In this document: in pieces, positions 39,016-47,514 of the stretch | Layout of the letters: every line of letters begins with the position of its first letter | How positions within the stretch are numbered: position 1 is the first letter of the stretch | Virus record (IMG/VR): IMGVR_UViG_3300034012_000174 | Coordinates: 1-60,510 of that record | DNA from: a virus | Lineage: Duplodnaviria; Caudoviricetes | DNA: 60,510 nt | Reading direction: 5' to 3' (one strand) | Made by a program: the position numbers and the translations under genes | The notes under the pieces: model-generated | Told to the model about the DNA's origin: nothing | The model's database searches: none | The model's input: only the letters and a program-made list of their open reading frames with translations

Positions 39016-39304
39016 TCTTTCGCTCTCTTGGACTTAGTTCGGAAACGAGTTTGTTCTTTGCATCACGATCAAAAGAACGGTTTTTCGCTGCCGAAATGAC
39101 TTGTAGTTTGCCTTTGTTGCTACCACCCTTGGACAAAGCCGTGGTGTGGTGCACATCTTTGCCGTCGCCTTTAGTCGCTTTGCCGTCTTGCACTGCCTTA
39201 CGGCGGGCGGCATTGCGCTTGGCGCGGTTCTTCTTTTGTTCTTCAGTGCCTTGGTACTGTTCGTACTCTTTTTTATAGGGTCTGGGTTTGTTGACGTATG
39301 GCAT
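38999..39304 (-). CDS. HNH-like small nuclease-fold protein
   Basis: RAKRNAARR...KDVHH...GGSN...L.V.S...NRS. Confidence 0.6.
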   Translation of the reverse strand: MPYVNKPRPYKKEYEQYQGTEEQKKNRAKRNAARRKAVQDGKATKGDGKDVHHTTALSKGGSNKGKLQVISAAKNRSFDRDAKNKLVSELSPRERKSANRR

Positions 39305-39312
39305 GTTGGCTC

Positions 39313-39981
39313 CTATCGTTTCCGATTATGCTCACATGATACGACGGGGCAGAACTTACATAAAGGCCCAGTATTCGTATTCCACACTCCTGTTTCTTGA
39401 GCAGTAGCAAGCCTATCTAGGTCCGGCTCAAATGTCGCAAAATAGGAGTCCCGCATCTCGGCAAAATGTTCCTTGTGGATAAACTCATTGCTGACCACGA
39501 AAGCCAAGGCAGACTTGATCTTCTTGACCTGTGGAAAGTGCGTGAACAAGGCAGCGGCTAGGATGTCCAACTGCTTGAGGTCTGCGTATTTGGCGTTCTT
39601 GCTGGTTTTGTAATCCAAGGAAAACGCCAGTTCGTCCTGTACCACAATCACGTCACCGATGCCACGCCACCAGACATCCTTGTCAAAGAAGCCACAAGGC
39701 TCGTAGCCAGTGTCGGTCTTTCTGACACCCAGTTTGAGTTCGCAGTGCTTCTCGCCGGGGATGTTCTTGATGGCATCCACCGTCTCTTGAATGTAACCAA
39801 ACTTGGGTGGGATGGGCTTGCCTTCTTTGATGTAGTCCTCAGCCGCTTTGTGTAACTCTTGTCCATACAACGTGGCCTCACTGCCTTCGTCTTTGACATC
39901 TTTGACTACCTTCAGGTGGTAGTACTTCTTTGGGCACTGCTCAAATGTCTTGAGCGAGGAGTAAGACCATGTGATGTTCAT
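39313..39981 (-). CDS. PD-(D/E)XK (Cas4/RecB-like) exonuclease
   Basis: WSYSSL..FEQCP, G..D, DYKT, QL, C..CPV..C. Confidence 0.85.
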   Translation of the reverse strand: MNITWSYSSLKTFEQCPKKYYHLKVVKDVKDEGSEATLYGQELHKAAEDYIKEGKPIPPKFGYIQETVDAIKNIPGEKHCELKLGVRKTDTGYEPCGFFDKDVWWRGIGDVIVVQDELAFSLDYKTSKNAKYADLKQLDILAAALFTHFPQVKKIKSALAFVVSNEFIHKEHFAEMRDSYFATFEPDLDRLATAQETGVWNTNTGPLCKFCPVVSCEHNRKR

Positions 39982-40250
39982 TCGGAAACCCGTTCGTATG
40001 TGGCATAAAAAATGTCTGGCTTACAAGGATACACCTCACCTTGGATACCGCGAATAATCCAATCCCCGATGGTGGCTTCCATAACCCCCTCAAGCGTCTG
40101 GATGTGCATCGTGCAGTGTCCATCCGGCATGCGTGTCACCGCCACCTGACGAGAACCCTGTGACGCCAGCGCCATAACTTTCTCTATGGCTTCGTCGTTA
40201 GGGAGAAACTGCTCGGCTTCGATGACGACGGGTTTCTTTTTAAACTTCAT
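39978..40250 (-). CDS. Conserved phage hypothetical protein
   Basis: KKPVVIEA.QF...TLEG...GDWII.G..GE.YPCKPDIF..TYE. Confidence 0.75.
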   Translation of the reverse strand: MKFKKKPVVIEAEQFLPNDEAIEKVMALASQGSRQVAVTRMPDGHCTMHIQTLEGVMEATIGDWIIRGIQGEVYPCKPDIFYATYERVSE

Positions 40251-40425
40251 TTTTTAACTCCTTTACTTGCTTTCGCAACTCTAATAGTTCCTCCAGCATT
40301 CTCTCCATGTCGTCGTTTTCTCCACATGCCCTGACTGCTTCTTTCCATACGAACCGAGCGTTGCTTTCCCCAACCACCCTACGTTCGGGTGGCGTCAAAG
40401 TTGCCCACCATTCGTCAAAGTTCAT
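40240..40425 (-). CDS. Hypothetical protein
   Basis: Coupled ORF; MNFDEWW. Confidence 0.55.
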   Translation of the reverse strand: MNFDEWWATLTPPERRVVGESNARFVWKEAVRACGENDDMERMLEELLELRKQVKELKNEV

Positions 40426-40631
40426 GGCTTTACCCTATAAAATTTCTGACTACCGACACGCACCACTTCAACAATACTTGTTCGCTCTAGGTCTCGCAGA
40501 ATACGAGCAACGTGGCTTTGGCTGAACATGAGTCGTTTAGCAAGTGTTGCCGCCAGTACAGGCGTTTTATGCTCGACCAAGTACCTCCAAATTTTTTCTT
40601 CAGCGTTTTCCACATTGCTCCTTTTCTGCAT
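40422..40631 (-). CDS. Winged-helix DNA-binding protein
   Basis: LAATLAKRLMFSQSHVARILRDLE...GSQKFY; true start may be slightly downstream. Confidence 0.6.
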   Translation of the reverse strand: MQKRSNVENAEEKIWRYLVEHKTPVLAATLAKRLMFSQSHVARILRDLERTSIVEVVRVGSQKFYRVKP

Positions 40632-40758
40632 TCACATACCCAGCCATGTAACCAGCGTTGTAACCAGTCATGTAGGCTTCACGCCCTTGGTAGTACCCCA
40701 AGAACAAAATGCCTATGCCGATAGACGCAACCAACAAGACAGCAAAGACCCACTTCAT
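40600..40758 (-). CDS. Small membrane protein (52 aa, absent from ORF track)
   Basis: MKWVFAVLLVASIGIGILFLGYYQGREAYMTGYNAGYMAGY... Confidence 0.55.
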   Translation of the reverse strand: MKWVFAVLLVASIGIGILFLGYYQGREAYMTGYNAGYMAGYVNAEKEQCGKR

Positions 40759-41231
40759 GTCAGCCCTCGCATAGAACTGCCCATCAGTTCTTCATACGAA
40801 AACTTCTTTTTAAGTGCGTCACGGATGTCTACCATCGCCTCTGAGTAGCCAAAACAGCCATTGTCAAAGATAAAAGCATATTTGGGAATTAGGGTACGCC
40901 CGATGACGAACGCACGACCTTTGTCCGTTAGACGCCATCTTCCGGATGCTTTCTTATCCTCATCTTTCTCATCCTTGGCAGCAGGTTCGACCAGACCCCA
41001 CCATTTGGCAGTAGACATAGGTTTGGAGCGCAGTATCCAATCAGGAGCACGACCAAGGTCAATCCAGTGGTTCTGAGGAAAGTTGGTGTACATCCAGATC
41101 AGACCCTTGGCCTGAGTGCTGGTAATTTGGTAGGGGTTGATCTTCCCCCACCGACCACAGCAGGGGCAGTCCATCCCTTCGCCCCTGATGGCTCCCCCGA
41201 AACGTTCTTTGGCTTCGGTGAGTGTGGTCAT
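40755..41231 (-). CDS. Hypothetical protein with CPCC motif and winged-helix-like end
   Basis: DCPCCGR; WGLVE...GRWRLTDKGRAFV. Confidence 0.65.
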   Translation of the reverse strand: MTTLTEAKERFGGAIRGEGMDCPCCGRWGKINPYQITSTQAKGLIWMYTNFPQNHWIDLGRAPDWILRSKPMSTAKWWGLVEPAAKDEKDEDKKASGRWRLTDKGRAFVIGRTLIPKYAFIFDNGCFGYSEAMVDIRDALKKKFSYEELMGSSMRGLT

Positions 41232-41728
41232 TCGTTCCCCCCAAGAACTTCGAGTAACTTATCGAGGTAGTGACGGGCTTTCTTCAGGTCTTCAACACCA
41301 CCCTTCTTGTCAGCACGGGCAAGATACTTGATGGCGTTACCACGCAAGAAACCAGCGAATGCTTCCGTGGACATCCAAGCCTCCATCGCCTTCCACGGTT
41401 GCACACCCATGTTGACGTAGTGGTCGCCACCATACTGTTGGGCGTTGGCTTGGTTGCTTGCTTGAAAGCGTTGTTTACGCCCAAGGGATGCTTGGTAGAC
41501 GAGGTTGGCAGCGTTTTGATCGAGGACTGCAACTTCGTCAATAGCCACAGGCTTGTTGCTCGTCATGATGGCAGCAGTTTTCCAATCACTACCAGCCAAT
41601 GCCTGCTTGCGTATGGCGTAGATGGTGGGCATCGCCACCTTGAACTTAGCGGCGGCGTCTTTTGGTTTGGCGTTTGGATTCGTTCGGAAGAACGCAATCA
41701 TCTTGGACTTCTTGGTTTGGGCTTTCAT
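41228..41728 (-). CDS. DUF3310 (T7 gp1.7-like nucleotide kinase) domain with an N-terminal HTH-like region
   Basis: QYGGDHY...QPW...GFLRGNAIKY.AR...KGG.EDLKKA.HYL. Confidence 0.75.
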   Translation of the reverse strand: MKAQTKKSKMIAFFRTNPNAKPKDAAAKFKVAMPTIYAIRKQALAGSDWKTAAIMTSNKPVAIDEVAVLDQNAANLVYQASLGRKQRFQASNQANAQQYGGDHYVNMGVQPWKAMEAWMSTEAFAGFLRGNAIKYLARADKKGGVEDLKKARHYLDKLLEVLGGNE

Positions 41729-41738
41729 TTGTTCACTC

Positions 41739-41909
41739 CTAAAAAGGTGATTCTTCAAAATTGTCGAGTTGCTTGCGCTTCTCGTTCCTTTGTTCCTTTC
41801 GGAACCACTGTGCCACCAAGACCCGTTCCTCCGGTGTCTTGAAAGGCCAGTTCCATCGCTCCCAAGTGAGACCACTCGGGTGCTTATCCTGCGTACTTTT
41901 CTTGCTCAT
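41739..41909 (-). CDS. Hypothetical protein
   Basis: WNWPFKTPEER; ends EESPF. Confidence 0.5.
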   Translation of the reverse strand: MSKKSTQDKHPSGLTWERWNWPFKTPEERVLVAQWFRKEQRNEKRKQLDNFEESPF

Positions 41910-42072
41910 GTTTGATGGCATTCAAAGTAAGTTTTGTTTCTACGAGTGCTTGCAGCGCAGCCTCAATGGCTTGCTCATACTTGCGCTCTAGCATGGCGTC
42001 ATGTAAGTCCTTCAGTGCCCGTTCTGCTTTCATGCAAGGGGCGGCGTAATCAACAACGATGTCTTCTTTCAT
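41884..42072 (-). CDS. Hypothetical protein
   Basis: Coupled ORF; VDYA.PCM.AE.ALK..H. Confidence 0.6.
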   Translation of the reverse strand: MKEDIVVDYAAPCMKAERALKDLHDAMLERKYEQAIEAALQALVETKLTLNAIKHEQEKYAG

Positions 42073-42350
42073 CTCACGAGTGCTTTAAGTTTTGCGACAG
42101 AGTAGATGCTTTGCTGTGCTTCGTCCTCTTGCTGTTCACCATGCAACAGTTCGGTCATGATGTCCTTGTGCATGGCATCCATCTGAATCTCACTGTACTT
42201 CTGATTGATGGCGGCACGTTCGTCCTCCGACAGGTAAGAGTCATAGTCTTGGATGATTCTGTTCCACCGCACTTGGCGAGGGCTAGACGACATGAACTCA
42301 TGCGGGTTACTCTCCATACGTTTCAAAATAAGTTCAACGGCTTGGTGCAT
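42069..42350 (-). CDS. Hypothetical protein (paralog of 44260-44580)
   Basis: AVELILKRMESNPHEF. Confidence 0.65.
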   Translation of the reverse strand: MHQAVELILKRMESNPHEFMSSSPRQVRWNRIIQDYDSYLSEDERAAINQKYSEIQMDAMHKDIMTELLHGEQQEDEAQQSIYSVAKLKALVR

Positions 42351-44173
42351 CAGCAGTCTCCATAAGAATGACCCACGCCGGACTCACAGTTCAGCGGCAG
42401 GTCGAGTGCCCACTTGGGACGGATACGCATCGCCATCTCTACAAACTCCCGAGCAGTCTCGGCTTCGTGTGTGGGTACGATGCAAGCAATAGCGTCATGA
42501 ACAGTCATGACGACTCGATACTTTTTGGCAATGAGGAGCATTTGCTCTCCGATAGCGATACGTGCCAGTGCTTGGCAGACGTTCTCAATAACTTTACCAC
42601 CGTAAATTCGATTTGGTATGACGGCTTTTCCTCTTTTGGTGTCGTAAACGAGTTCTTCTTTTCCTGAGTCATTTGTCCAGCGTCGTAAATTGGGGTACTT
42701 GATGTACAGCCCGTTGGGTAAACGGATGCCCTTGGCTCCTTCCACGGAGAGAACATCGGGGCGTCCCAGTGGTGCACTCTGACCGTTAGCGATAGCAAGC
42801 AAGGCGTTGCCTGCTTCCCGCCACAGCATCGGAATCATTGGGTATGTTTGGCGATACACCATGATGATGCGTTCGCATTCTTCTTGTGGTAGGTCAACGT
42901 TGAATGTTTTCAACTGAGCACGGAACTTCTTTGCCCCCATGCCGTAACCCGCACCAAGAATTGTGGTCTTACCCACAAAGCGTTCGTCCTTCGTGATGTC
43001 ATCGACAGGCTTGCCGTAGATGGCAGATGCCATGATCTTGTACACATCCTCGCCTCGGTCAAAGGCTTCGACCAAGTCGTTCTGCTCTGCAAGCCATGCC
43101 AGTGTACGGGCTTCAATCTGCGACGAATCAGAGTCAATCATCATGTGCCCTTGCGGTGCAAGGATGGCACGTTTGAGTGGGGATGAGCGCGGCAGGTTCT
43201 GCATGTTCACCTTGTCATCACCACCCCAGCGCCCAGTGTGTGCTGCATAGTAGCGTAGGGGGATGGGCATAGTGCCCCGCCCGGCGATCTCGATAAAGCG
43301 TTGGGTGCGTGTTTCTTCGATAGTGGACTTGACTCCAAGTCGTGCGGCAACAAGGGCTTGCACCGTCTCCTTCTCATGCTCCAGTAGGGCTTTGAACTCT
43401 TCGTCCGTCTTGGAGAAAGCGAATGTCTCTTTGCCCGTGGTGGGGCTAATCTTCATCGGAGGCTCGACACCTTGAGCACGGAGCAGTTCGGCAAACTGAG
43501 GGTTGCTCATCAGCATGTCTTTGCTCTCGTCGATGCCTTCCATCAGACGGGCTTTGGACTCCTGCACGTTGGTCAGGTGCTGTTGCAATACGCCAGTATC
43601 CAGTTCAAGCACAGGCTCGGAGAACATCCGGATGGTCAAGTCAATCAGGTTCAGTTCGCTTATGGGGAAATTAGGAGCAAGGCAACCAAAGAGGCGATAA
43701 GTAAGATCGACATCGTTGATGCAATAGCCAGCGTAACGGGACAGGTCTTCATCAGAAAAATCAATTCGTCTTTTACCCAACGCATTTACAACCTCCGTTC
43801 CTTTTTCACCAAGTTGATAATGTTGAACCAGTACGCCAAGACTACCGCCAACTTCAGTACCGTGGATGGCTCTTGCCATTGACAGCGTATCAGCAATCTT
43901 TTTAGGGCTAATCCCGTAGCGCCAGTTAAGAATCGCCATGTCGAACATTGCATTGTGGGCGAGTGCAATCGAGTGCGCCCAGTCGAACTTCTGCAAGAAC
44001 TTCCAAGTCTCCTTCTCGGTTCCACTGAACCACTCGGTCTCGCCATCGTTGACCTTCACGGCTACGCCGATAGTTTCAAACAATTCCGAGCGGATGTACT
44101 CCTCGGTGGTCATCTTCGATAGAGAAAAGTCTCGGTCATAGTACGTTTCAAAGTCGATGGTCAATAAGTTCAT
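42350..44173 (-). CDS. DNA polymerase, family A, with 3'-5' exonuclease domain
   Basis: IDFETYY (Exo I), HNAMFD, TGRW, NMQNLP, DSSQIEAR (motif A), RFVGKTTILGAGYG (motif B), TVHDAI (motif C). Confidence 0.92.
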   Translation of the reverse strand: MNLLTIDFETYYDRDFSLSKMTTEEYIRSELFETIGVAVKVNDGETEWFSGTEKETWKFLQKFDWAHSIALAHNAMFDMAILNWRYGISPKKIADTLSMARAIHGTEVGGSLGVLVQHYQLGEKGTEVVNALGKRRIDFSDEDLSRYAGYCINDVDLTYRLFGCLAPNFPISELNLIDLTIRMFSEPVLELDTGVLQQHLTNVQESKARLMEGIDESKDMLMSNPQFAELLRAQGVEPPMKISPTTGKETFAFSKTDEEFKALLEHEKETVQALVAARLGVKSTIEETRTQRFIEIAGRGTMPIPLRYYAAHTGRWGGDDKVNMQNLPRSSPLKRAILAPQGHMMIDSDSSQIEARTLAWLAEQNDLVEAFDRGEDVYKIMASAIYGKPVDDITKDERFVGKTTILGAGYGMGAKKFRAQLKTFNVDLPQEECERIIMVYRQTYPMIPMLWREAGNALLAIANGQSAPLGRPDVLSVEGAKGIRLPNGLYIKYPNLRRWTNDSGKEELVYDTKRGKAVIPNRIYGGKVIENVCQALARIAIGEQMLLIAKKYRVVMTVHDAIACIVPTHEAETAREFVEMAMRIRPKWALDLPLNCESGVGHSYGDC

Positions 44174-44259
44174 GCGTTTTTCTCTTGGGTTTGGTTTGCG
44201 TAATTGATGGGGCTAGTTCCGACTTGTTGCATGCCGTTCCACTTCTTTGGTCACTATCA

Positions 44260-44580
44260 TCACGTCTGTTTTTCCCCATCACAGTCCTCATCTTCGGTAC
44301 GTAGGATTCGGCGCATGAACTCCTTGTTCAACTCGCCCCTACCAATCTCTATAAACTTTTCCCATATCATCTGTATTTCAGTATCACTAAGAACAACAAG
44401 ATGTAGTTTGTCGTCGCCCGTACCGACCAAGCGTTGACGGCACAGACTTAGCACGTCAGCCCACTTGCCGCCGCGCCGCAGGTGAAATTCTTGGGGGTTG
44501 GAATCCATGCGCTTGAGTAGCAGTTTCACTGCGTCGCATGGCTCTGCTAGGTCGTCTAGGTGTCGCCTCTGTTTTCGCAT
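44260..44580 (-). CDS. Hypothetical protein (paralog of 42069-42350)
   Basis: AVKLLLKRMDSNPQEF. Confidence 0.6.
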   Translation of the reverse strand: MRKQRRHLDDLAEPCDAVKLLLKRMDSNPQEFHLRRGGKWADVLSLCRQRLVGTGDDKLHLVVLSDTEIQMIWEKFIEIGRGELNKEFMRRILRTEDEDCDGEKQT

Positions 44581-44879
44581 CCATGTTCCTTGAGTAGTTG
44601 CACAATCTGATCTACTTTGTGTAGATTCTCTTCGTTGACTACAATGGCACTACCTCCTGCGGAAGCAATAGCATGTAGTTCTCGCTCTTGCAGCGCCGTG
44701 GGTTTATTGTTGCCTGCCTTGCATTCAATCGCAAGGAAGCGTCCATCGACACAGCAGATGATGTCAGGAACGCCCGAGCGTCCCATGCCGTAGGTGGCAG
44801 GAAAGAAGTAGTAAACGCCCTGTTCTTTCAGGACTTTCACTACCTTGTCTTTGACCTTCTTCTCGGGTGTGCTTGCCAT
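44556..44879 (-). CDS. VRR-NUC domain nuclease/resolvase
   Basis: TPEKKVK...GVPDII...FLAIECKA...PTALQ...GG.AIVV. Confidence 0.85.
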   Translation of the reverse strand: MASTPEKKVKDKVVKVLKEQGVYYFFPATYGMGRSGVPDIICCVDGRFLAIECKAGNNKPTALQERELHAIASAGGSAIVVNEENLHKVDQIVQLLKEHGCENRGDT

Positions 44880-44888
44880 AGTGAGTCC

Positions 44889-44916
44889 ATCATATCACAG
44901 TTTTGGACTTTGTCAA
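44889..44916 (-). promoter_or_regulatory. Sigma70-type (middle) promoter for the replication operon
   Basis: TTGACA-16 nt-TATGAT with TG extension, about 10 nt from the ATG at 44879. Confidence 0.7.
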
Positions 44917-44925
44917 ACACTGGGC

Positions 44926-44953
44926 AATAAAAAACCCGCCACGAGGGCGGGTT
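44926..44953 (-). terminator. Terminator ending the early operon
   Basis: On the - strand: aacccgcc-ctcgt-ggcgggtt followed by tttta. Confidence 0.75.
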
Positions 44954-44987
44954 GGAAACTACCTAACAATGTTAGGTTGTGACTACG

Positions 44988-45131
44988 TTAGCAGGTGATT
45001 GGTCTGAACGGGCCATCTTTATCTGTATCCCAACAGCAGATACCTCCGCGCCCGTCAGGGATGCACTTGGTTGCGGCTATCGCGCCACTGCTCATCAACG
45101 TCACACACAGAATCGCTATTACTTTTTTCAT
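44988..45131 (-). CDS. Small secreted Cys-rich peptide (47 aa, absent from ORF track)
   Basis: AAGGAG RBS; MKKVIAILCVTLMSSGAIA-ATKCIPDGRGGICCWDTDKDGPFRPITC*. Confidence 0.65.
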   Translation of the reverse strand: MKKVIAILCVTLMSSGAIAATKCIPDGRGGICCWDTDKDGPFRPITC

Positions 45132-45300
45132 GGTTATGCTCCTTTGCATAGTTGGTTAGTACTTCCCTCATCTTCCCCGTGTAACTGGGGAATCCTTTAT
45201 AGAACTCCAATACGTCATGAGACAGTCGGAGATTCACGTGTACCTTGGCAAGGTGTTTACCCTTACCTCGTACCTTTTTGGTGGTAGGCGCATCACTCAT
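45055..45300 (-). CDS. BrnA-antitoxin-like ribbon-helix-helix DNA-binding protein
   Basis: RGKGK...KVHVNLRLSHDVLEFYK...YTGKMREVL. Confidence 0.65.
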   Translation of the reverse strand: MSDAPTTKKVRGKGKHLAKVHVNLRLSHDVLEFYKGFPSYTGKMREVLTNYAKEHNHEKSNSDSVCDVDEQWRDSRNQVHP

Positions 45301-46177
45301 CGCTCACCTCCTTGACCACAAAGAATGCTTGGTCGTGAATCTTGAGACCCGCACTCTTGATGAAATACTTTGGCTCGACCAGTTTAAGCATACCTACGCT
45401 TCGCTTGATATGGGGTGGCAATGTTTCGGTTGAGAAGATGCGTATATTGTGCTCGCCCGTATCGTCGTTGCCCATAACAGCATAGTCGCTTCCATGAATT
45501 AGTACCACAGCCCCCGTATTGTTTTGCTGACATTGATGAATCTCCCTCGTGATCTTGAACTCTTCATGGGCATTCACTAACTTGCCCACCGTGTCTGCGT
45601 TTGCACCATCCTGTACTGCGATAGGCGCAAGGCTTTCGTAGTTAGCCATGATGTACGGCATCAAGTGTTTGGCGATGTGGTCGTACGTCCGTTGGAACGT
45701 ATTCGCTCGGTCTTGAAACACTCGGTAGATTTCATTAGCCGCATCGTTGTTCGCCTCAGCCAGTCGCTCGTTGATGGTCTTGGCTCCGAACATCTTGCCC
45801 ACAATCTTGACCGCCTTGTTCAAGTCCTTGGTCTTGGTTGTGTCACCACGTTGCCGACTGGTGCTAATACGCTCGTTGTTAATGGCGTAGACTTTCTCTC
45901 GGCTACGTCCGTAGTCCGTACTGATCTGACCCAGTGCTTCGCGCCCGTCATACACATAGAATCGGTATGCTTCAGCATAGGGTTCAGCATTGTCGGGACG
46001 CTGATGCCAAAACTGGGTAGACACGAACCGCCATTGCGGATACTTCTTGGCAAGGGCTTCCACGAATGGCTTGATGTCTTTCTCCACGCGAATCTCGCGG
46101 CGCTCCTTGTCTTTCTCCCATCTGCCTACGATGTTAGGCAGAGTGAGTTCGATGTAGTCGTATTTCAAATCTTCCAT
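45293..46177 (-). CDS. Hypothetical early protein
   Basis: AAGGAG RBS before ATG 46177; C-terminal LP..I...VGMLKL. Confidence 0.7.
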   Translation of the reverse strand: MEDLKYDYIELTLPNIVGRWEKDKERREIRVEKDIKPFVEALAKKYPQWRFVSTQFWHQRPDNAEPYAEAYRFYVYDGREALGQISTDYGRSREKVYAINNERISTSRQRGDTTKTKDLNKAVKIVGKMFGAKTINERLAEANNDAANEIYRVFQDRANTFQRTYDHIAKHLMPYIMANYESLAPIAVQDGANADTVGKLVNAHEEFKITREIHQCQQNNTGAVVLIHGSDYAVMGNDDTGEHNIRIFSTETLPPHIKRSVGMLKLVEPKYFIKSAGLKIHDQAFFVVKEVSDE

Positions 46178-46187
46178 GATCGGCTCC

Positions 46188-47045
46188 TTACCATTCATAC
46201 TGCTTGAGGATTGCATCAAGTTTGTCCTTCATGCCCTTGCGCACTTCGGGACTCTCTTTGATTGCGTCGATGTCAGCCCCTAACATTGTTAGTTCGAGGT
46301 CACGTCGGGCTTGCTCCAACTTCGCATCCTTCGTTACGTTGAGGTGCGTCAGCAAAGAGCACAGGCTCTGCGCATTTGTGATGAGGGTATCGTGGTATCG
46401 CTTCTTGGACTCGTCCTCGCCATCCACGTCCGTCAACTTCTCGCTCATGCCCGTGAGCAACTTGTGCAGTCTGTCCCACGGCTCACGCATGGCTTCAGCC
46501 AGTCGATCATTGAAATTCATTTCGTACTGCTGGCGTAGATCATCCAAGTCCTGCTCTGCTACTTGCAAGCGGAAATCACCGGACTCAGGCACAGGGCTAA
46601 ACACAAGTCGGAAGCCGAACTTGCTTCGCACCTCGTCCACGCTCGGGTAGTCCTCATGGTTGAACAGAGTGCCCAAGTAATTGTTGGCAGTCTGCACCAG
46701 TGCGGGGTACTGCTGAATGAAGGTGTCCACCATCTTGTTGAAGGTGTCCCTGCGCACGTTAGCCTCGGACTTGTAGTCCATGAACAGGCTTGTGGATAAC
46801 AGCCTAGCCCCTTTGTCTGCCCACGGCAGGGTACGGGTGTTGTGCCACAGGCGGCATCCTGCGGCGTAGTCCGCGATGTCCTTGCGGAGTGTGGTTCCCG
46901 CCATCAGGTTCTTGCGAACTTGTGCGGCGTTTTGCACGGCGGCGTTGTCACTCACCACCTTCTCTGTTGCACTCTTGTCGAGTTTGTTTGCAGTCCATAC
47001 CGAGATGTTCATCTCAACAAGTACTGCGCTAGATGTAATACTCAT
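46188..47045 (-). CDS. DUF3150-like helical protein associated with the AAA/vWA pair
   Basis: AVLVEMNISVWT..K.D...TLPW...G.RLL...YP...E...KF. Confidence 0.6.
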   Translation of the reverse strand: MSITSSAVLVEMNISVWTANKLDKSATEKVVSDNAAVQNAAQVRKNLMAGTTLRKDIADYAAGCRLWHNTRTLPWADKGARLLSTSLFMDYKSEANVRRDTFNKMVDTFIQQYPALVQTANNYLGTLFNHEDYPSVDEVRSKFGFRLVFSPVPESGDFRLQVAEQDLDDLRQQYEMNFNDRLAEAMREPWDRLHKLLTGMSEKLTDVDGEDESKKRYHDTLITNAQSLCSLLTHLNVTKDAKLEQARRDLELTMLGADIDAIKESPEVRKGMKDKLDAILKQYEW

Positions 47046-47079
47046 GGGTCGCTCCTTTGCTTTCAGTTATCTAACAATG

Positions 47080-47265
47080 TTAGGGGTTGTTTTTCTTCAT
47101 CTTGATCTCCATGCCATCCTCGGTGGCACGGATAGTCGCCTCGCCATGCGCGACTTGGAACAGCAGGCGCATCGTCATCACGTGAATGCGATGAAGATTG
47201 AGGAAGCGCCAGATCACAAACAGGTTTAGCGTTACGCTGATAGCCAGTAACTCACTCATACTCAA
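47080..47265 (-). CDS. Small membrane protein
   Basis: N-terminal hydrophobic helix; stop codon lies within a palindrome copy. Confidence 0.55.
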   Translation of the reverse strand: MSMSELLAISVTLNLFVIWRFLNLHRIHVMTMRLLFQVAHGEATIRATEDGMEIKMKKNNP

Positions 47266-47510
47266 CTCACTTTCTCAGGTTTACCTGCCATCTTTGCCAT
47301 GTGGTAGAACGCCATCGGCACTACTTTCAACTCACGCAGTCCGTCATTGGTGTCCTGCGGGTAGACGTGGTAGGTCGTCCCGCCCTCCTCCGACTTGCGC
47401 CACTTCTCTTCGTACAACTCAGCGTCGGCCAGCAACTCTAAAAGTGCTAGGGCTTTTGAAGTATCCAGTACGAAATTGCTATACCCCACGCGAATGATTG
47501 CTTTCTTCAT
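47262..47510 (-). CDS. Hypothetical protein
   Basis: MKKAIIRVGY...YHMAKMAGKP. Confidence 0.65.
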   Translation of the reverse strand: MKKAIIRVGYSNFVLDTSKALALLELLADAELYEEKWRKSEEGGTTYHVYPQDTNDGLRELKVVPMAFYHMAKMAGKPEKVS

Positions 47511-47514
47511 GAGA

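Noticed and set aside
39313-39981. Cas4-like nuclease as evidence of a CRISPR system
   Set aside because: A solo PD-(D/E)XK exonuclease in a replication module is common in phages, and no array is present
46125-46138. CCTACGATGTTAGG as an 18th palindrome copy
   Set aside because: One half-site is disrupted; counted only as degenerate
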